64,000 bases of DNA from a virus, in IMG/VR virus record IMGVR_UViG_3300015263_000719, positions 15,834 through 79,833 of that record. The stretch is one strand, 5' to 3'. The position numbers and the translations under genes were made by a program. Position 1 is the first letter of the stretch. Each line of letters begins with the position of its first letter. Below the pieces are notes generated by a model, which searched no databases, had not been told where the DNA came from, and saw only the letters and a list, made by a program, of their open reading frames with translations. Positions 41,311 through 52,126 of the stretch are shown here, piece after piece.

Positions 41311-41344
41311 AAAATAGGAAGTCTGTATAAAACAGACCTCCTAT
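41311..41344 (-). terminator. Probable terminator/attenuator after the MCP
   Basis: ATAGGAGGTCTGT/ACAGACTTCCTAT hairpin followed by a short T run on the minus strand. Confidence 0.65.
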
Positions 41345-41358
41345 AAAATAGCAAATTG

Positions 41359-42957
41359 TTACATATAAGGATTGTATTCAATTCTTCCTACTCTACTAAT
41401 ATCCCAAATTGCAAGTGATCCAGCACAGACACGGTATACACCACATCTTGAATTGTTGGAATATGCATTTGATCCATCAGTAATTGCACCTGATCTAATA
41501 TCATATCTGTTACAAACAGAGAAATATTCTTCAACTCCATCTTGCATCACCATAGTGATATTCTCATCTCTAGCACCTTCAGCTTTATAGTCTGTAGCAC
41601 CTAAATCAAAGATATCCATTGCAAATGATTCAAGAGGTTTGTTGGTTCCAGGAGCTTTTATTCTAAATACACTATCATCATCCTTAATAGGATCATAGTT
41701 GATAGATACGGTTACACCATTATAGAACTTGATTTCAGTGAACTGAGCACCAAAAGAAAGTTCATTGTCATGATAACCATCTGGATTTTGTCTTTGCTTA
41801 ACAAAGAAATTAGCATCTGGGTAATTAAATGCTGAAGCTTCTTCAGCAATCAATCTTGACAAGAATTCAATTCCACCTTCTCCAGAGTAGATTTTAATCT
41901 TTCTATCAGCGAAAGATTTTCTACGGAAGAAAATAGTAGTTAAGAACTCTGACAAGTCAGATAAAGTAAGTGAACCATTGTGTTCCCAGAAGTGTCCATC
42001 TCTTGCGAGTTGTCTCCAACCTGGAGCCACTTTGATAGGTCTTGTAGTATCTCTGTCAGTAGTCTTTTGCAGTCTACCAAATTCCATCATAAATTCCCTA
42101 TCAGCTTCACATCTTTCATTCAATCTAGCTTCAGCCTTTGTAATAAAGACACCTTTTTCAATTAATTCATTTGAACCAGACTGCTTCAATTTTGCCTGAT
42201 AAATATAACCTGATGCAAAAGCATCTGAATACATTTTACCACCAAAAGAGTATTTCTCAGTATTTGCCATGCCTTTCTTAGCAGCAGCAAGTTCCATTCT
42301 TACAAACTTATCAGTAAATTCGATTTTGTTTGCAAATTGACCAGTCCATGAACGTAGTTTCTGGAATTGACCATAGGAATCTGGAGAAAACTTTTGGTTG
42401 TCTTCATCGGCAACCATTGAAGTAGCTCTAGTAAGAATTCTATCAGGTGAAATAAGTTCAATTGGCATCCAATCATTAGGATCACCAGATTGAAGCTCTA
42501 CTTCATAAGCCCATGAATCAGCATTAAGCATTTCAGGATAACCTATGATTCTCAACATTGGTGCATCAGGATCTTCTGTCAAAAGTACAGAAGGCTCATG
42601 CTCAAAGTTTTTATCAATAGCTATCTTAAATGGTTGACCATCTTTTCCTGGTTGGCTTGTAGGATCAACTAAAAGTTCAGTAATCCTGAACTCTACTTTA
42701 GCATCACCTGCAACTGACCATTCATAATCATCTACTCCACCAGGAAGTACATGATAATTACCAGAAGCAATTGTCATCCAATTGAATTTCTTATTAACTA
42801 ATTCACTCTTTAAACTAGAACTGAATAGTTGTGCTGTCTTTACACCAAAATTATAAGGCTTATAATCACGGAACATTGAAGCATGACTAACTGAGTCATG
42901 AAATGAACCACCAAAGTTCTTATATTCTGATAACTTAATAGCAGTATTTCTATTCAT
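41359..42957 (-). CDS. Major capsid protein (HK97 fold, crAss-like)
   Basis: 532 aa; DDYEW, E.DRE..M.FG and YSGEGG...L motifs; position portal-scaffold-MCP. Confidence 0.85.
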   Translation of the reverse strand: MNRNTAIKLSEYKNFGGSFHDSVSHASMFRDYKPYNFGVKTAQLFSSSLKSELVNKKFNWMTIASGNYHVLPGGVDDYEWSVAGDAKVEFRITELLVDPTSQPGKDGQPFKIAIDKNFEHEPSVLLTEDPDAPMLRIIGYPEMLNADSWAYEVELQSGDPNDWMPIELISPDRILTRATSMVADEDNQKFSPDSYGQFQKLRSWTGQFANKIEFTDKFVRMELAAAKKGMANTEKYSFGGKMYSDAFASGYIYQAKLKQSGSNELIEKGVFITKAEARLNERCEADREFMMEFGRLQKTTDRDTTRPIKVAPGWRQLARDGHFWEHNGSLTLSDLSEFLTTIFFRRKSFADRKIKIYSGEGGIEFLSRLIAEEASAFNYPDANFFVKQRQNPDGYHDNELSFGAQFTEIKFYNGVTVSINYDPIKDDDSVFRIKAPGTNKPLESFAMDIFDLGATDYKAEGARDENITMVMQDGVEEYFSVCNRYDIRSGAITDGSNAYSNNSRCGVYRVCAGSLAIWDISRVGRIEYNPYM

Positions 42958-42981
42958 TGTTTTAAAAAATTTTTAAGTATA

Positions 42982-44094
42982 TTAAACATCACCAAACTCA
43001 AAATTTGAAGTATCGAGTTTTTTAGGTTGAACAACTTCCTTCCCACCTGTTCCAGGTGATTCTTTGAAATTACGTTCAATTCTATTTTTAATTTCCTGTG
43101 TTTTAGGTGAAGCTCCATGTTTAGCATAAGCCTCTAAATCAAACACTCCTTTCTTAGCATCAAAGTAAGTAAAAAAATCAGCAAGCTGCACAATAGCAGC
43201 AGGGTGTTTCATCACCTCTCTTGATTTTACTGGAATATTTCCTTGCATCAGTTCTTGTTGAACTGCAGTTTGTCTAACTGGTTTCCAGCCTGTCTTACTT
43301 ATTTCTTCTTTAATTTTAGATTGGAATTCTCTTTTAGCTTGTTCTCTGGCAGCAACTTCAGCTTCTGTTTCAGTAACTGTAGTTTTAGCTTTTGTATTAA
43401 AAGAGTCTTTTTTTGATTCGAGTTTTTTCTTAGCTGTATTTTCAAGCTCACCCTTATCTTCCAATGAATCTACAAATGTTTGAGCAACCTCATTATCATA
43501 ACCTTCATTCAAATATTCCTTAACAAGGAAATCTCTTTGTTTGGTTACATCTGAGATATCAATACTTTCATAATCCACTGGACTATTTTCTTTTACAAAT
43601 TGATTCAACACACTCCAGGAAACATCATTACCTTTTTGCTTTTCAGCAAGACCATATCTAAAAAGATATTGTAAAGGTTCTGGCATTTCATCATAGACAC
43701 TCTTTAAAATCTCTGAAGGCAATGTCTCAAATATTTGATCAATTTCTTCATAAGTTCCTTTAAAGTCTTTTCTTTCCTGAGTGTAACCATGATCAACTAA
43801 AGTCTTATATATTCCATAAGCTTTAGGATCAGCACCTTCTGGTATGGTTTCCTCAGTTTCATCACCTGATGTATCTACTGTATCTTCTTTAACATCTTCT
43901 TTATCAGTATCAACAACAGGACTAGTGTCATCAATAATAGCATCATCTTTCTCTGTAGTGTTTGTTACAGGTTCTTTTACCTGTGTTGGCTCCTCATTAA
44001 CATTATCTGGTTCTATAATTGCATCTTCTAAAAAGAAACCAAATTCAGGAGCAACATTTGTTTCTGTTGAAGTTTTTCCTTCTTCTGTACTCAT
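42982..44094 (-). CDS. Acidic scaffold-like protein between portal and MCP
   Basis: D/E/T-rich N-terminus, helical C-terminus; synteny. Confidence 0.65.
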   Translation of the reverse strand: MSTEEGKTSTETNVAPEFGFFLEDAIIEPDNVNEEPTQVKEPVTNTTEKDDAIIDDTSPVVDTDKEDVKEDTVDTSGDETEETIPEGADPKAYGIYKTLVDHGYTQERKDFKGTYEEIDQIFETLPSEILKSVYDEMPEPLQYLFRYGLAEKQKGNDVSWSVLNQFVKENSPVDYESIDISDVTKQRDFLVKEYLNEGYDNEVAQTFVDSLEDKGELENTAKKKLESKKDSFNTKAKTTVTETEAEVAAREQAKREFQSKIKEEISKTGWKPVRQTAVQQELMQGNIPVKSREVMKHPAAIVQLADFFTYFDAKKGVFDLEAYAKHGASPKTQEIKNRIERNFKESPGTGGKEVVQPKKLDTSNFEFGDV

Positions 44095-44127
44095 TTTTCT
44101 TATGATTTTGAAACGTTAGTGTAGTTA

Positions 44128-44158
44128 CAAAACTACTATTATTTAATAATATATACAA
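44128..44158 (-). promoter_or_regulatory. Bacteroidota sigma70-type promoter for the scaffold/MCP operon
   Basis: Minus strand TTG-N20-TAGTTTTG. Confidence 0.8.
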
Positions 44159-44212
44159 GCCTATGTCAAGGCTTTAAGCTGATTATTATACAATTATCAA
44201 TATTATATAAAA

Positions 44213-46888
44213 TTAGCTTTTATTACTTGAAGACTTCTTTTCTTTACTTTCAGTCTTCTTAGCTGCAATTTCCTTGGATTTGTTTTCAGCATCCATTTTA
44301 TCCTTTACAGCTTTGTTACCAATTTCCTGTTCTTTAAGATCTAATTCTCTATCTTTCTGAACACCTGTTCTCACATCCATAGCCATATCATGTGCTATCT
44401 TAGCAGCTTCAAGTGGATCAGGAATTCCATCCTGATCTTGATTAAGATCAGCCTGCATCTTATAAACATCAATTGCAGCTCTTTGCAACATATAATCACC
44501 TTTGATATGTTCCTTCTCAATTTCATGAGCTTGTTCATCTTCTCTGGCTTCAATCTGCATTTGTTGCAATTCTTTCTGTTGTTGTGATCTCATCTGTTCT
44601 AACTGCTGTTCTCTTTCAGATTGTTTATTCCTTTCAATCTGAATCATCTTATGAATCTCTTCTGGAGATTCACCATTAGCAATAGCTTTAAGCATACTGG
44701 ATACAGCTTCCATACCTTCACCAGCATTCTGACTAAATGCATGTACCATTTGTGTCATAGATTCTCTATAGAATTGATCTTGTCCTGAATTAGTTAAATA
44801 TAAACCAATGTCATTATGATCCAGAATTTCAGGTGTAATTTTCAATAACTCCTCTGTTCCATTAGGAGTAACATATTGTATGAAATGTTCCTTCTTTTGA
44901 GGATTCATTTCAAATATTTGTTTACAATACATTCTGAATAAAATCAACCACTCATTCAATGCTTTCTTCCATACTTGAGAATGCATATAAAAATAAGGTT
45001 CTGTAATATGATGTGACTGAGTAATAGCCTGTTGATTATCTGTAACATTGGAATTAGAGCTAAACATAGCTTCTCTTTGTGGACTAATTCCCATAGCCAT
45101 TCCTATTTCAACATCCAGATAATCTAATAATTGCATCAAGTTAATAAGCTCTGCAGCATTACCTGTCATAGAAGATCTGCTTCCTGGACTTCTGGTAGAA
45201 GGAGGTAATCCATCTGCTGATTGTGAACCTGAATAATAATTCTTACCAAGTTTTTTTACAAACAGATTCCAAACAGCAACTTTATCTCTTCCTGGAATAG
45301 GAACTCCATTCTCATCCATTGACAGATAATCAGGTATCTGATCAACATCTACATCCATAACATAACCTTGATACTTAGCAAGTTCTCTATTCAAAATAAG
45401 CTTTACATAAAAAGCTTCCATTTGAACTGGAGTAGCTCTTTGAACAAGACTAATAGATTCAGAGTTTAAATTAGTAAATAATCTACCTTTATAACTTAAT
45501 GTGAATGATCCATAAGGATCATCAATATTAATTGGTTGATTAGGTACTTCTCTCATTTTAGTAAATGTATTTTCTCCAAGTCTGACAACTTCATATCTTC
45601 TTGGTATCCATAACTTTTCTGCAGAATAAGCAACACCAAATTCATCAGTCCATTCCCATTTAACAGATTTATCACCAAATTTATTAACAAATTTAATTTT
45701 AACTGCATCTTCAGGAATTTCAAACTTATTACTAACTATCTCAGTTATTTCTTTATTATACTCATCAGTATAACTTAAAAATATAAGTTCTCTGAATGCT
45801 TTAAATTCAATATGAGTTTCCCATAATAATCTTTCTGAATTAAATCTTCTATTAGTTCCTGAACCCATAGATTGTCCAACTGTCTTATCATGCTGGTCCA
45901 TAGAACTTCTCAACATACTTTCAGTAGTATCATTAAATACTTTCTTAGCATTGCCAGAAAGAACATCATGTCTTTTATCCATGGAAAGATTTGAACTTGG
46001 AGTGTATATTCCAAGTCTTTCAAAATCTTCATCTTTCAGATCATTGATATATTTATTATAAGCATCAGCAAGAGTAATAGCATTTTTATACCAGAAATAA
46101 TCTCCTTTCTCAACATCAATAACATTAGGTGATTTGTGAAAACCACAATGTAATGGATTAAGAACTTTAACTATAGGTTTACCATATTCCCAACCTACCC
46201 AGATAAATACTCTATCTGCAGTAATACCATGTCTTAAAGACAATTGTTGCTGAGTTAGTATATCCTGATCATAATGACAGAACTTTAAAGCTTTGCTATT
46301 AAAGATTTCCCATTCTGTAAGAAAAGATTTAGTAGCAAGATCTTCTGGTTCAAGTTGAGTTCTCATCTCTTCCATTGCCTTTTCAATATCCTGATTGGAC
46401 ATTTCACCTTGCTGCTGCATTTTAACTTTTTCAATCATCAATTGAACTTTTTCTTCAATTGACATTCTTATTGCTTCTTTTTGAGCTTCTGATTTTTCTT
46501 TTACTTCCTTATCAGATAGAAGTGTAATTTTTAAATTATCTTTTCGTTTTAATAGTTCACCTACTAAAACATTAACTTTATTATGTATCCTACTATAAGG
46601 TAAAATTTCTTCCTCATAACCTTCAGGTAATAAATCATTTTCTCCAAGAGGATTAATGAATCTTTCCAGTTCTTGTTTAAAACCTTCAATATTATTATTT
46701 ACCAGATCATAACTTAATTTCATCTTTGGATAGTCACTTACAACAGTAGTGTCATAAGGAACTAAATAGTTGATATAATCTTTAAACCATTGACCATCCT
46801 CTTTATATTTTTGTGATTCAGGTATCTTCAACTTAAAAATAGGTTCATCAAGTCTTGAAGTAGGTTTTTTACTTTTTACTGCTTCCAT
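44213..46888 (-). CDS. Portal protein
   Basis: 891 aa; NKVNVLVGELLKR, SLVQRA.P.Q and MGISPQRE motifs; C-terminal coiled coil with DLNQDQDGIPD; follows TerL. Confidence 0.9.
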   Translation of the reverse strand: MEAVKSKKPTSRLDEPIFKLKIPESQKYKEDGQWFKDYINYLVPYDTTVVSDYPKMKLSYDLVNNNIEGFKQELERFINPLGENDLLPEGYEEEILPYSRIHNKVNVLVGELLKRKDNLKITLLSDKEVKEKSEAQKEAIRMSIEEKVQLMIEKVKMQQQGEMSNQDIEKAMEEMRTQLEPEDLATKSFLTEWEIFNSKALKFCHYDQDILTQQQLSLRHGITADRVFIWVGWEYGKPIVKVLNPLHCGFHKSPNVIDVEKGDYFWYKNAITLADAYNKYINDLKDEDFERLGIYTPSSNLSMDKRHDVLSGNAKKVFNDTTESMLRSSMDQHDKTVGQSMGSGTNRRFNSERLLWETHIEFKAFRELIFLSYTDEYNKEITEIVSNKFEIPEDAVKIKFVNKFGDKSVKWEWTDEFGVAYSAEKLWIPRRYEVVRLGENTFTKMREVPNQPINIDDPYGSFTLSYKGRLFTNLNSESISLVQRATPVQMEAFYVKLILNRELAKYQGYVMDVDVDQIPDYLSMDENGVPIPGRDKVAVWNLFVKKLGKNYYSGSQSADGLPPSTRSPGSRSSMTGNAAELINLMQLLDYLDVEIGMAMGISPQREAMFSSNSNVTDNQQAITQSHHITEPYFYMHSQVWKKALNEWLILFRMYCKQIFEMNPQKKEHFIQYVTPNGTEELLKITPEILDHNDIGLYLTNSGQDQFYRESMTQMVHAFSQNAGEGMEAVSSMLKAIANGESPEEIHKMIQIERNKQSEREQQLEQMRSQQQKELQQMQIEAREDEQAHEIEKEHIKGDYMLQRAAIDVYKMQADLNQDQDGIPDPLEAAKIAHDMAMDVRTGVQKDRELDLKEQEIGNKAVKDKMDAENKSKEIAAKKTESKEKKSSSNKS

Positions 46889-49212
46889 TATTGTAATAAA
46901 TGTTTGTGTACTTTAGGTAGCATTTTTGGATTTACTGACAAAAAGCTTAAAGGATTTTTATTGTTTCCTTTTCTTCTCACTTCCTGTATCATTTTGTGTT
47001 CCTCCTCTCTTATATACAGTGGAAATCCCAGCATACTATCAACTGCATCGAAGTTTCCTTCTTTCAAATCAAATGCTGCAATTTGCCTCAGTGAAAAAAT
47101 ACATGGAAGAGTTTCAATAACTAACTTTCCATTTAATGATTCAATAGGTTTTAATAGAAAATCTGCAAAATCATCAAGCATTGAAATTTTTGCAATCTGA
47201 TTACCTACTATATATCCATATTGTGTAACTGTTCTGCCATAAATAGAATCTCCTTTTTCAAATTGTGGTCTGATACATAAAAGATCCTGTTTTTTCTTTT
47301 TATGAAAATAGCCTCTGCAATACTCTCCTCTATTAGCCTCATACCATAAATGTCTTTTTGGATTTCCATAAAATGCCATAAGCTTTTCAAGATTGGAATA
47401 AAATTCCCTTTTACCATTTTTAGCTTTACCTACATAAGTAGCAACTAAAGGTGAACCTGCAAGATACTTATCCCAATACTTAGGATTCATCCATACATGT
47501 ACTGAACCAAGAGAACCTCCTTTATCCCATTCATCTGAAACATAAGGATCATGTGTAAACACAAACATATCATTAGGTACTTCTCCTGCAACCTCAATGG
47601 GAGGTGTAAACATTAATATAGCTCCTTCAAGACTTTGCCTCATTGAATTTGTTTCAAGAGGAAATTCATAAAAAGGTTCTGCATTATGATCTACACTATA
47701 ATCTATATTATCCCTTTTTGAAGTATCCCAATGTAACTTTATTGGTGTACCTATCTTCTGATATAAATTATCTTTAGCTAATTCCTTTATTCTTTCTTCA
47801 GCTTCTTTAGCTGGAAGAATATGTCCTCTGTTTGTTTGCCACATATCAGATGGAATCATTGGATGATTCATCTTTTCAGCTCTCAATATAGAGGGATCAT
47901 CAGATTCAGCAGCCTTAGATCTCTCAATCATATAATACTCCTTAGCTTCTTCTATGAGAGTATTTCCATTCTTGTCTTTAAATTTTCTATTTGTAATATA
48001 TGCAGGTAAGAAAAAACCAATTGGTTCATTAGAACCTTCCCAATAATCAGGGAATTCTAAACAATCATAATCTCTTGGATGGGTGAAAACCTGTCTTGCT
48101 GGAATTACTGTTTCCATATTACCAGATGTACCAAGGAATATCTGAGTACCAAATTGTTGTCCACCTCTTTGAACTGTTGCTCTATTTGAACCATAAGCTT
48201 CAATAAGCAATTCAGTTAAACCAATCTCCTCATAATATACGTCCATATAAGAACCACCTGCTCCAGCTTCAGCACCATCTCTCTTTTGTGTAGAATAGTT
48301 AACATGAATAATAGCAGATTTACTACCATGTCCTCCTGTCCATCTACCATTCATTTTCATCTCATACTCATGTCTCCATGGATTCTCCTTATTATTTGCT
48401 TTAAGGTTTCCTTTCATATCTTTATAGAAAGGACTGGGTTGATAATCAGGATCTCCAACTTGTCCCCAAGCTCCCAGTTTAGGATCTTTAGCAAGTTCAT
48501 CCATAGATACTTCAGTAAAACCAACAAACTGAGATGACTTATCTGTTCTTCCAGAACCTACAAGCACTTTAGCTGTTGGTGGATTTGTCCTTGCTTTCTC
48601 AGTATAATACTTAATACCATCAAAACACATTCTATATTGAGCACCAGCTATAGAATAATAATAAGTCTTTCCTCCACCTCTGGAACCCATCTCAATAATA
48701 TTCAGCGTTCTATTCTGATATAGAGGAGCACCAAGATCTTTCTCATGTAACATTCTGATATTTTCTCTCGGAGGTATAAATTCCTTAAACTTACCATTAG
48801 ACATAAATAAGTTAGGATTACTGGTAACACTTGAATTAGAGTAGTTTTTCTTTATCTTTTTAATTATATGATTACTGGTATATTTATCATCATTGTTCCA
48901 ACCAGAAAAACCTTCTGCTTCTAAAAAATTATATGATCTTTCCCATTCCAAATCAGAAACAAGAGGTCTTCCCAGTTCTCTTGTATTATCATCCATGGTA
49001 AGTTCTATTGTACCAAAATTACCATAGAAAAATAATCTTCCTGGCATATATCTGAGCTTACCAAAGTCCTCACCCCAAAACCCTTCAATAGCCATTTTCT
49101 TGAGTTTTTGCCAGTAAGGAGTATGTCTTGGATCATCAGGATGAAGTATTCTTACTCCATCCTTTAACATAAATCTACTTAGATCTTCAATTCTAATCCA
49201 CTGTTCACGCAT
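46888..49212 (-). CDS. terL: Terminase large subunit
   Basis: Walker A GSRGGGKT, Walker B YYEEIG, GTSG motif, RNase H-like THDPY, YEANRG and NFDAVD. Confidence 0.92.
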   Translation of the reverse strand: MREQWIRIEDLSRFMLKDGVRILHPDDPRHTPYWQKLKKMAIEGFWGEDFGKLRYMPGRLFFYGNFGTIELTMDDNTRELGRPLVSDLEWERSYNFLEAEGFSGWNNDDKYTSNHIIKKIKKNYSNSSVTSNPNLFMSNGKFKEFIPPRENIRMLHEKDLGAPLYQNRTLNIIEMGSRGGGKTYYYSIAGAQYRMCFDGIKYYTEKARTNPPTAKVLVGSGRTDKSSQFVGFTEVSMDELAKDPKLGAWGQVGDPDYQPSPFYKDMKGNLKANNKENPWRHEYEMKMNGRWTGGHGSKSAIIHVNYSTQKRDGAEAGAGGSYMDVYYEEIGLTELLIEAYGSNRATVQRGGQQFGTQIFLGTSGNMETVIPARQVFTHPRDYDCLEFPDYWEGSNEPIGFFLPAYITNRKFKDKNGNTLIEEAKEYYMIERSKAAESDDPSILRAEKMNHPMIPSDMWQTNRGHILPAKEAEERIKELAKDNLYQKIGTPIKLHWDTSKRDNIDYSVDHNAEPFYEFPLETNSMRQSLEGAILMFTPPIEVAGEVPNDMFVFTHDPYVSDEWDKGGSLGSVHVWMNPKYWDKYLAGSPLVATYVGKAKNGKREFYSNLEKLMAFYGNPKRHLWYEANRGEYCRGYFHKKKKQDLLCIRPQFEKGDSIYGRTVTQYGYIVGNQIAKISMLDDFADFLLKPIESLNGKLVIETLPCIFSLRQIAAFDLKEGNFDAVDSMLGFPLYIREEEHKMIQEVRRKGNNKNPLSFLSVNPKMLPKVHKHLLQ

Positions 49213-49441
49213 TTCTTATACTTTCTGTTAACCAATATTTTAAATCCTGTAATCTTGAAAATGTTCCATCACCAAATTCACCTGAAGTTTGATAGAAGTC
49301 TTCTTTCCAGTTATAATTGCAATATACATTTAATTGTCTATGCATATAAATCTCAACCTGTCCTGTTTCTTTTATGAACTTGAAACCAGCTTTAGACATA
49401 TCTTCTATATGTTGTTCTTTTCCTGTTTTACTCATATCCAT
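49205..49441 (-). CDS. Hypothetical protein (78 aa)
   Basis: Overlapping start/stop coupling. Confidence 0.55.
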   Translation of the reverse strand: MDMSKTGKEQHIEDMSKAGFKFIKETGQVEIYMHRQLNVYCNYNWKEDFYQTSGEFGDGTFSRLQDLKYWLTESIRNA

Positions 49442-49986
49442 TATATCTCTCCTTTTTCTGACTTGGATCTTTGTCTACCACCTTTAATAGTAGCTCCAAG
49501 TTTAGTTTCCATATATCTTTCAAGAATCTGATCATATTCATCCATAATCTTAGCTGTCTTTGCATGCATGTCATCAAGCTTTTTACTGTTCTCCAGAGTA
49601 TATTCAGTTCCTGATAAAAAATTAGCTCTATCTCTTAAATGCATCTTCTTATTATACAAATCTCTTTGTACTGAATCAAGTGCAATATAAGGGAAGTCTT
49701 TTCCACACTTATTATATAACTCATTTTCAATATCAAGTTCTGGAAAAAAACCTGTTTCAATTATCATTTTTTCTACTCCTTCTTTTCCAAACTTAAAATA
49801 CTTATTCTCATCTTCATCAGGATGAGAAAAATATCCAATAGTCCACATATACTTACTTGAAGTCATTCCTCCTTTATCAGAATTATACATCTCATTAAAA
49901 GGTGGAATATATATCATATGAGGATTCTGTTCCCAAAAGTTTATTTCAGGATCATAAGATATATTAAATGTTGTAAATTTACTCAT
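49441..49986 (-). CDS. Conserved protein upstream of terL (possible small terminase-like)
   Basis: Helical, basic C-terminus KGGRQRSKSEKG; position. Confidence 0.45.
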   Translation of the reverse strand: MSKFTTFNISYDPEINFWEQNPHMIYIPPFNEMYNSDKGGMTSSKYMWTIGYFSHPDEDENKYFKFGKEGVEKMIIETGFFPELDIENELYNKCGKDFPYIALDSVQRDLYNKKMHLRDRANFLSGTEYTLENSKKLDDMHAKTAKIMDEYDQILERYMETKLGATIKGGRQRSKSEKGEI

Positions 49987-50335
49987 CGTCCTTTAATTTA
50001 ACATTTGCTGAAACACTCAGTTCAACTGTTTCTATTTCTCCTGGATTCTCAGGATTAGATAAAAGTACAGTAGCTTTTTGATGACTGATTGTTTCTCTTT
50101 TACCTTTTTCTAACATATAATTATTAATCAATTTAGTCTTTGCATTCCAACTTAAAGTTATTTTATTATCTTTTGTAGTTGCACTTGTACAACCACAACT
50201 TGTACTTACTTTTGCAATTTTCCAATCTCCATAATATTCAAAAGTATATGAAATAGTACAAGGTAATTCTGTTATTCCTGGTAAGTACATTTCTCTTACA
50301 GACCAGTCATCCTTTTTAATCTGCGTATTTTCCAT
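49979..50335 (-). CDS. DUF1573-like Ig-fold protein
   Basis: IAKVSTSCGCT motif with an all-beta pattern. Confidence 0.6.
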   Translation of the reverse strand: MENTQIKKDDWSVREMYLPGITELPCTISYTFEYYGDWKIAKVSTSCGCTSATTKDNKITLSWNAKTKLINNYMLEKGKRETISHQKATVLLSNPENPGEIETVELSVSANVKLKDDE

Positions 50336-50595
50336 TCTACAATTATTTTTATTCGTTTAGTTAAAGGTTTCATAGGTTTGTAACAACCTAATTTACATCC
50401 TTTATTTGCCATAAATACTTCGGGAGTTTTACATCCACATGATTTACAGGAACCAAGCATTAAACATTCTTCTCCTTGTTCTAATCTTTCCTTAAACTTT
50501 CTTTTAAGATAAGGTGAAAGAAACGAATCATTCATATTTAATAAAAAATATCTCCCGTAACCATCTATAAAATTCTTTATATCATCAATTGTCAT
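50296..50595 (-). CDS. Small Cys-rich (Zn-binding) protein
   Basis: C...GSCKSCGC.......KGC..GCY. Confidence 0.6.
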   Translation of the reverse strand: MTIDDIKNFIDGYGRYFLLNMNDSFLSPYLKRKFKERLEQGEECLMLGSCKSCGCKTPEVFMANKGCKLGCYKPMKPLTKRIKIIVEWKIRRLKRMTGL

Positions 50596-50710
50596 GTCTT
50601 TCTTTATATACCTTTATCAATAACTCAAGAGCTTTCTCTAAATCTTTATTACTTTGTTCTCTCAAGTCTTGTTGTAAATAATGAATTGCATAATTTAAAT
50701 ATAACTTCAT
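50585..50710 (-). CDS. Small hypothetical protein (41 aa), not in the ORF track
   Basis: MKLYLNYAIHYLQQDLREQSNKDLEKALELLIKVYKERHDN; ATGA overlap with the upstream stop; fills the gap. Confidence 0.55.
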   Translation of the reverse strand: MKLYLNYAIHYLQQDLREQSNKDLEKALELLIKVYKERHDN

Positions 50711-51123
50711 CTTACTAATATTAATATACCTAGTCCAACAGCAATAAGTGTCATTCCACCACCACCAAATATAGCCAGGTTATTTTTACGTTTCAGTTTT
50801 TTCTCAAGTTTCATATTATCATCCAGTACATCTATATACTGACCATATAACAATCCATATTGCTCAGTCTTTAACTCAAACTTTCTATCACATATCTTTA
50901 TTCTCTCATCCATCTTGAGTATCAGAACCTCGTAATTTCCTATTTCTCTACGAAGAATAGAATCAGTTTCCAATATCACTGCAACATCTTCCTGAGCTTG
51001 CTTCATCATATCAGCAAGTATTCTCAACTTTATCTCGCATGTATCTGCAGGGGGGATTTGTAAACTTTGCCCATATCCTGCTACAGATAGTAACAGGAAT
51101 AGGGCTACCAGTATTCTTTTCAT
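50707..51123 (-). CDS. Spanin-like envelope protein
   Basis: Signal peptide, coiled coil and C-terminal TM helix. Confidence 0.45.
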   Translation of the reverse strand: MKRILVALFLLLSVAGYGQSLQIPPADTCEIKLRILADMMKQAQEDVAVILETDSILRREIGNYEVLILKMDERIKICDRKFELKTEQYGLLYGQYIDVLDDNMKLEKKLKRKNNLAIFGGGGMTLIAVGLGILILVR

Positions 51124-51404
51124 TATGTGCTTTTTATTTTGTCAGGATAATTAGTGGTCAATGCATTAATAGTATTGGCTACTGCCTTTACTTTAAAAAT
51201 TCTATGTGGTGGGAATACTTCAAGTATTCCATCATTCCTAGAACTTCTATAACCATTCATAACTATTTGTTGACAATGTTCTCTAGCTTTCATGTTTAAT
51301 TGCTCAATTGTGTCAGCATTAATAGTATAAGCGAGGATGGTTCCACCATTCCCATCTATATAAATATTAATCTCTACACTTAGTTGTTTATTTTCCTCAT
51401 TCAT
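51123..51404 (-). CDS. Hypothetical protein (93 aa)
   Basis: Coupled ORF in the operon. Confidence 0.55.
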   Translation of the reverse strand: MNEENKQLSVEINIYIDGNGGTILAYTINADTIEQLNMKAREHCQQIVMNGYRSSRNDGILEVFPPHRIFKVKAVANTINALTTNYPDKIKST

Positions 51405-51418
51405 GATTTGTGTCTTTA

Positions 51419-52126
51419 TTACAAATTTGCTTTTAAAAATGCTTCTACATCAAAGTCTCTGAACTCTATCAGACTAACTCTTGCAGAATCTCTTTTAGCT
51501 TCCTCAAGTATCAAACTATCAGAAGTAATAACTTGCTTCAACTTAGCAATAGTTGAATCTACCTCAACTTGCTGTTTAGTCAATAAATTAATCTCAGCTT
51601 GTAATTCAGCCTTCTTAATTTCTACAGATGTAAGTGGAGTTACTGTCTTCTTAGGATTCACATTATTATTCAGGAATAAAGCTGATAAAGTAATAGCACC
51701 TACCAATACAGCAGTCCATAGTATTCTTGTTACAATAGGTTTAGTAATATCCAGTATCCAATGATACACAATATGAAATCCTATAATTGAAATAACTATC
51801 ATTAACATAGCTATAAACAATACACCTATCCATGTAGGATACATAGTAAGAGCTGCAATAACAGCCATATACCAACCTACTCTTCTTATACTATTAAATA
51901 AGTGCCATGCGTCCTGTATAAAAACAAAGAGGTTTCTTTCTAACCAACCTCTAAATCCAGTGTGATCATATTTTCTTTCAGAACTCAAATCAGGTTGTCC
52001 CCAGAATCCATCTTTTCTAAACTTAGAGAAAATAGATCTTGACCAGTGACTTGATAACTTATCAGAAACACCCTTACCTATAAAGGCAAGAGTGATTCCA
52101 ATAATGATAAATATCATTCCAGTCAT
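51419..52126 (-). CDS. Multi-pass membrane protein with C-terminal coiled coil (spanin-like tail)
   Basis: Four hydrophobic segments, DAWHLF motif, periplasmic heptads. Confidence 0.55.
   Translation of the reverse strand: MTGMIFIIIGITLAFIGKGVSDKLSSHWSRSIFSKFRKDGFWGQPDLSSERKYDHTGFRGWLERNLFVFIQDAWHLFNSIRRVGWYMAVIAALTMYPTWIGVLFIAMLMIVISIIGFHIVYHWILDITKPIVTRILWTAVLVGAITLSALFLNNNVNPKKTVTPLTSVEIKKAELQAEINLLTKQQVEVDSTIAKLKQVITSDSLILEEAKRDSARVSLIEFRDFDVEAFLKANL

Noticed and set aside
46888-49212. Intein or intron in terL (also checked MCP and portal)
   Set aside because: Continuous ORFs of ordinary length, with no C...HN intein ends or LAGLIDADG motifs seen
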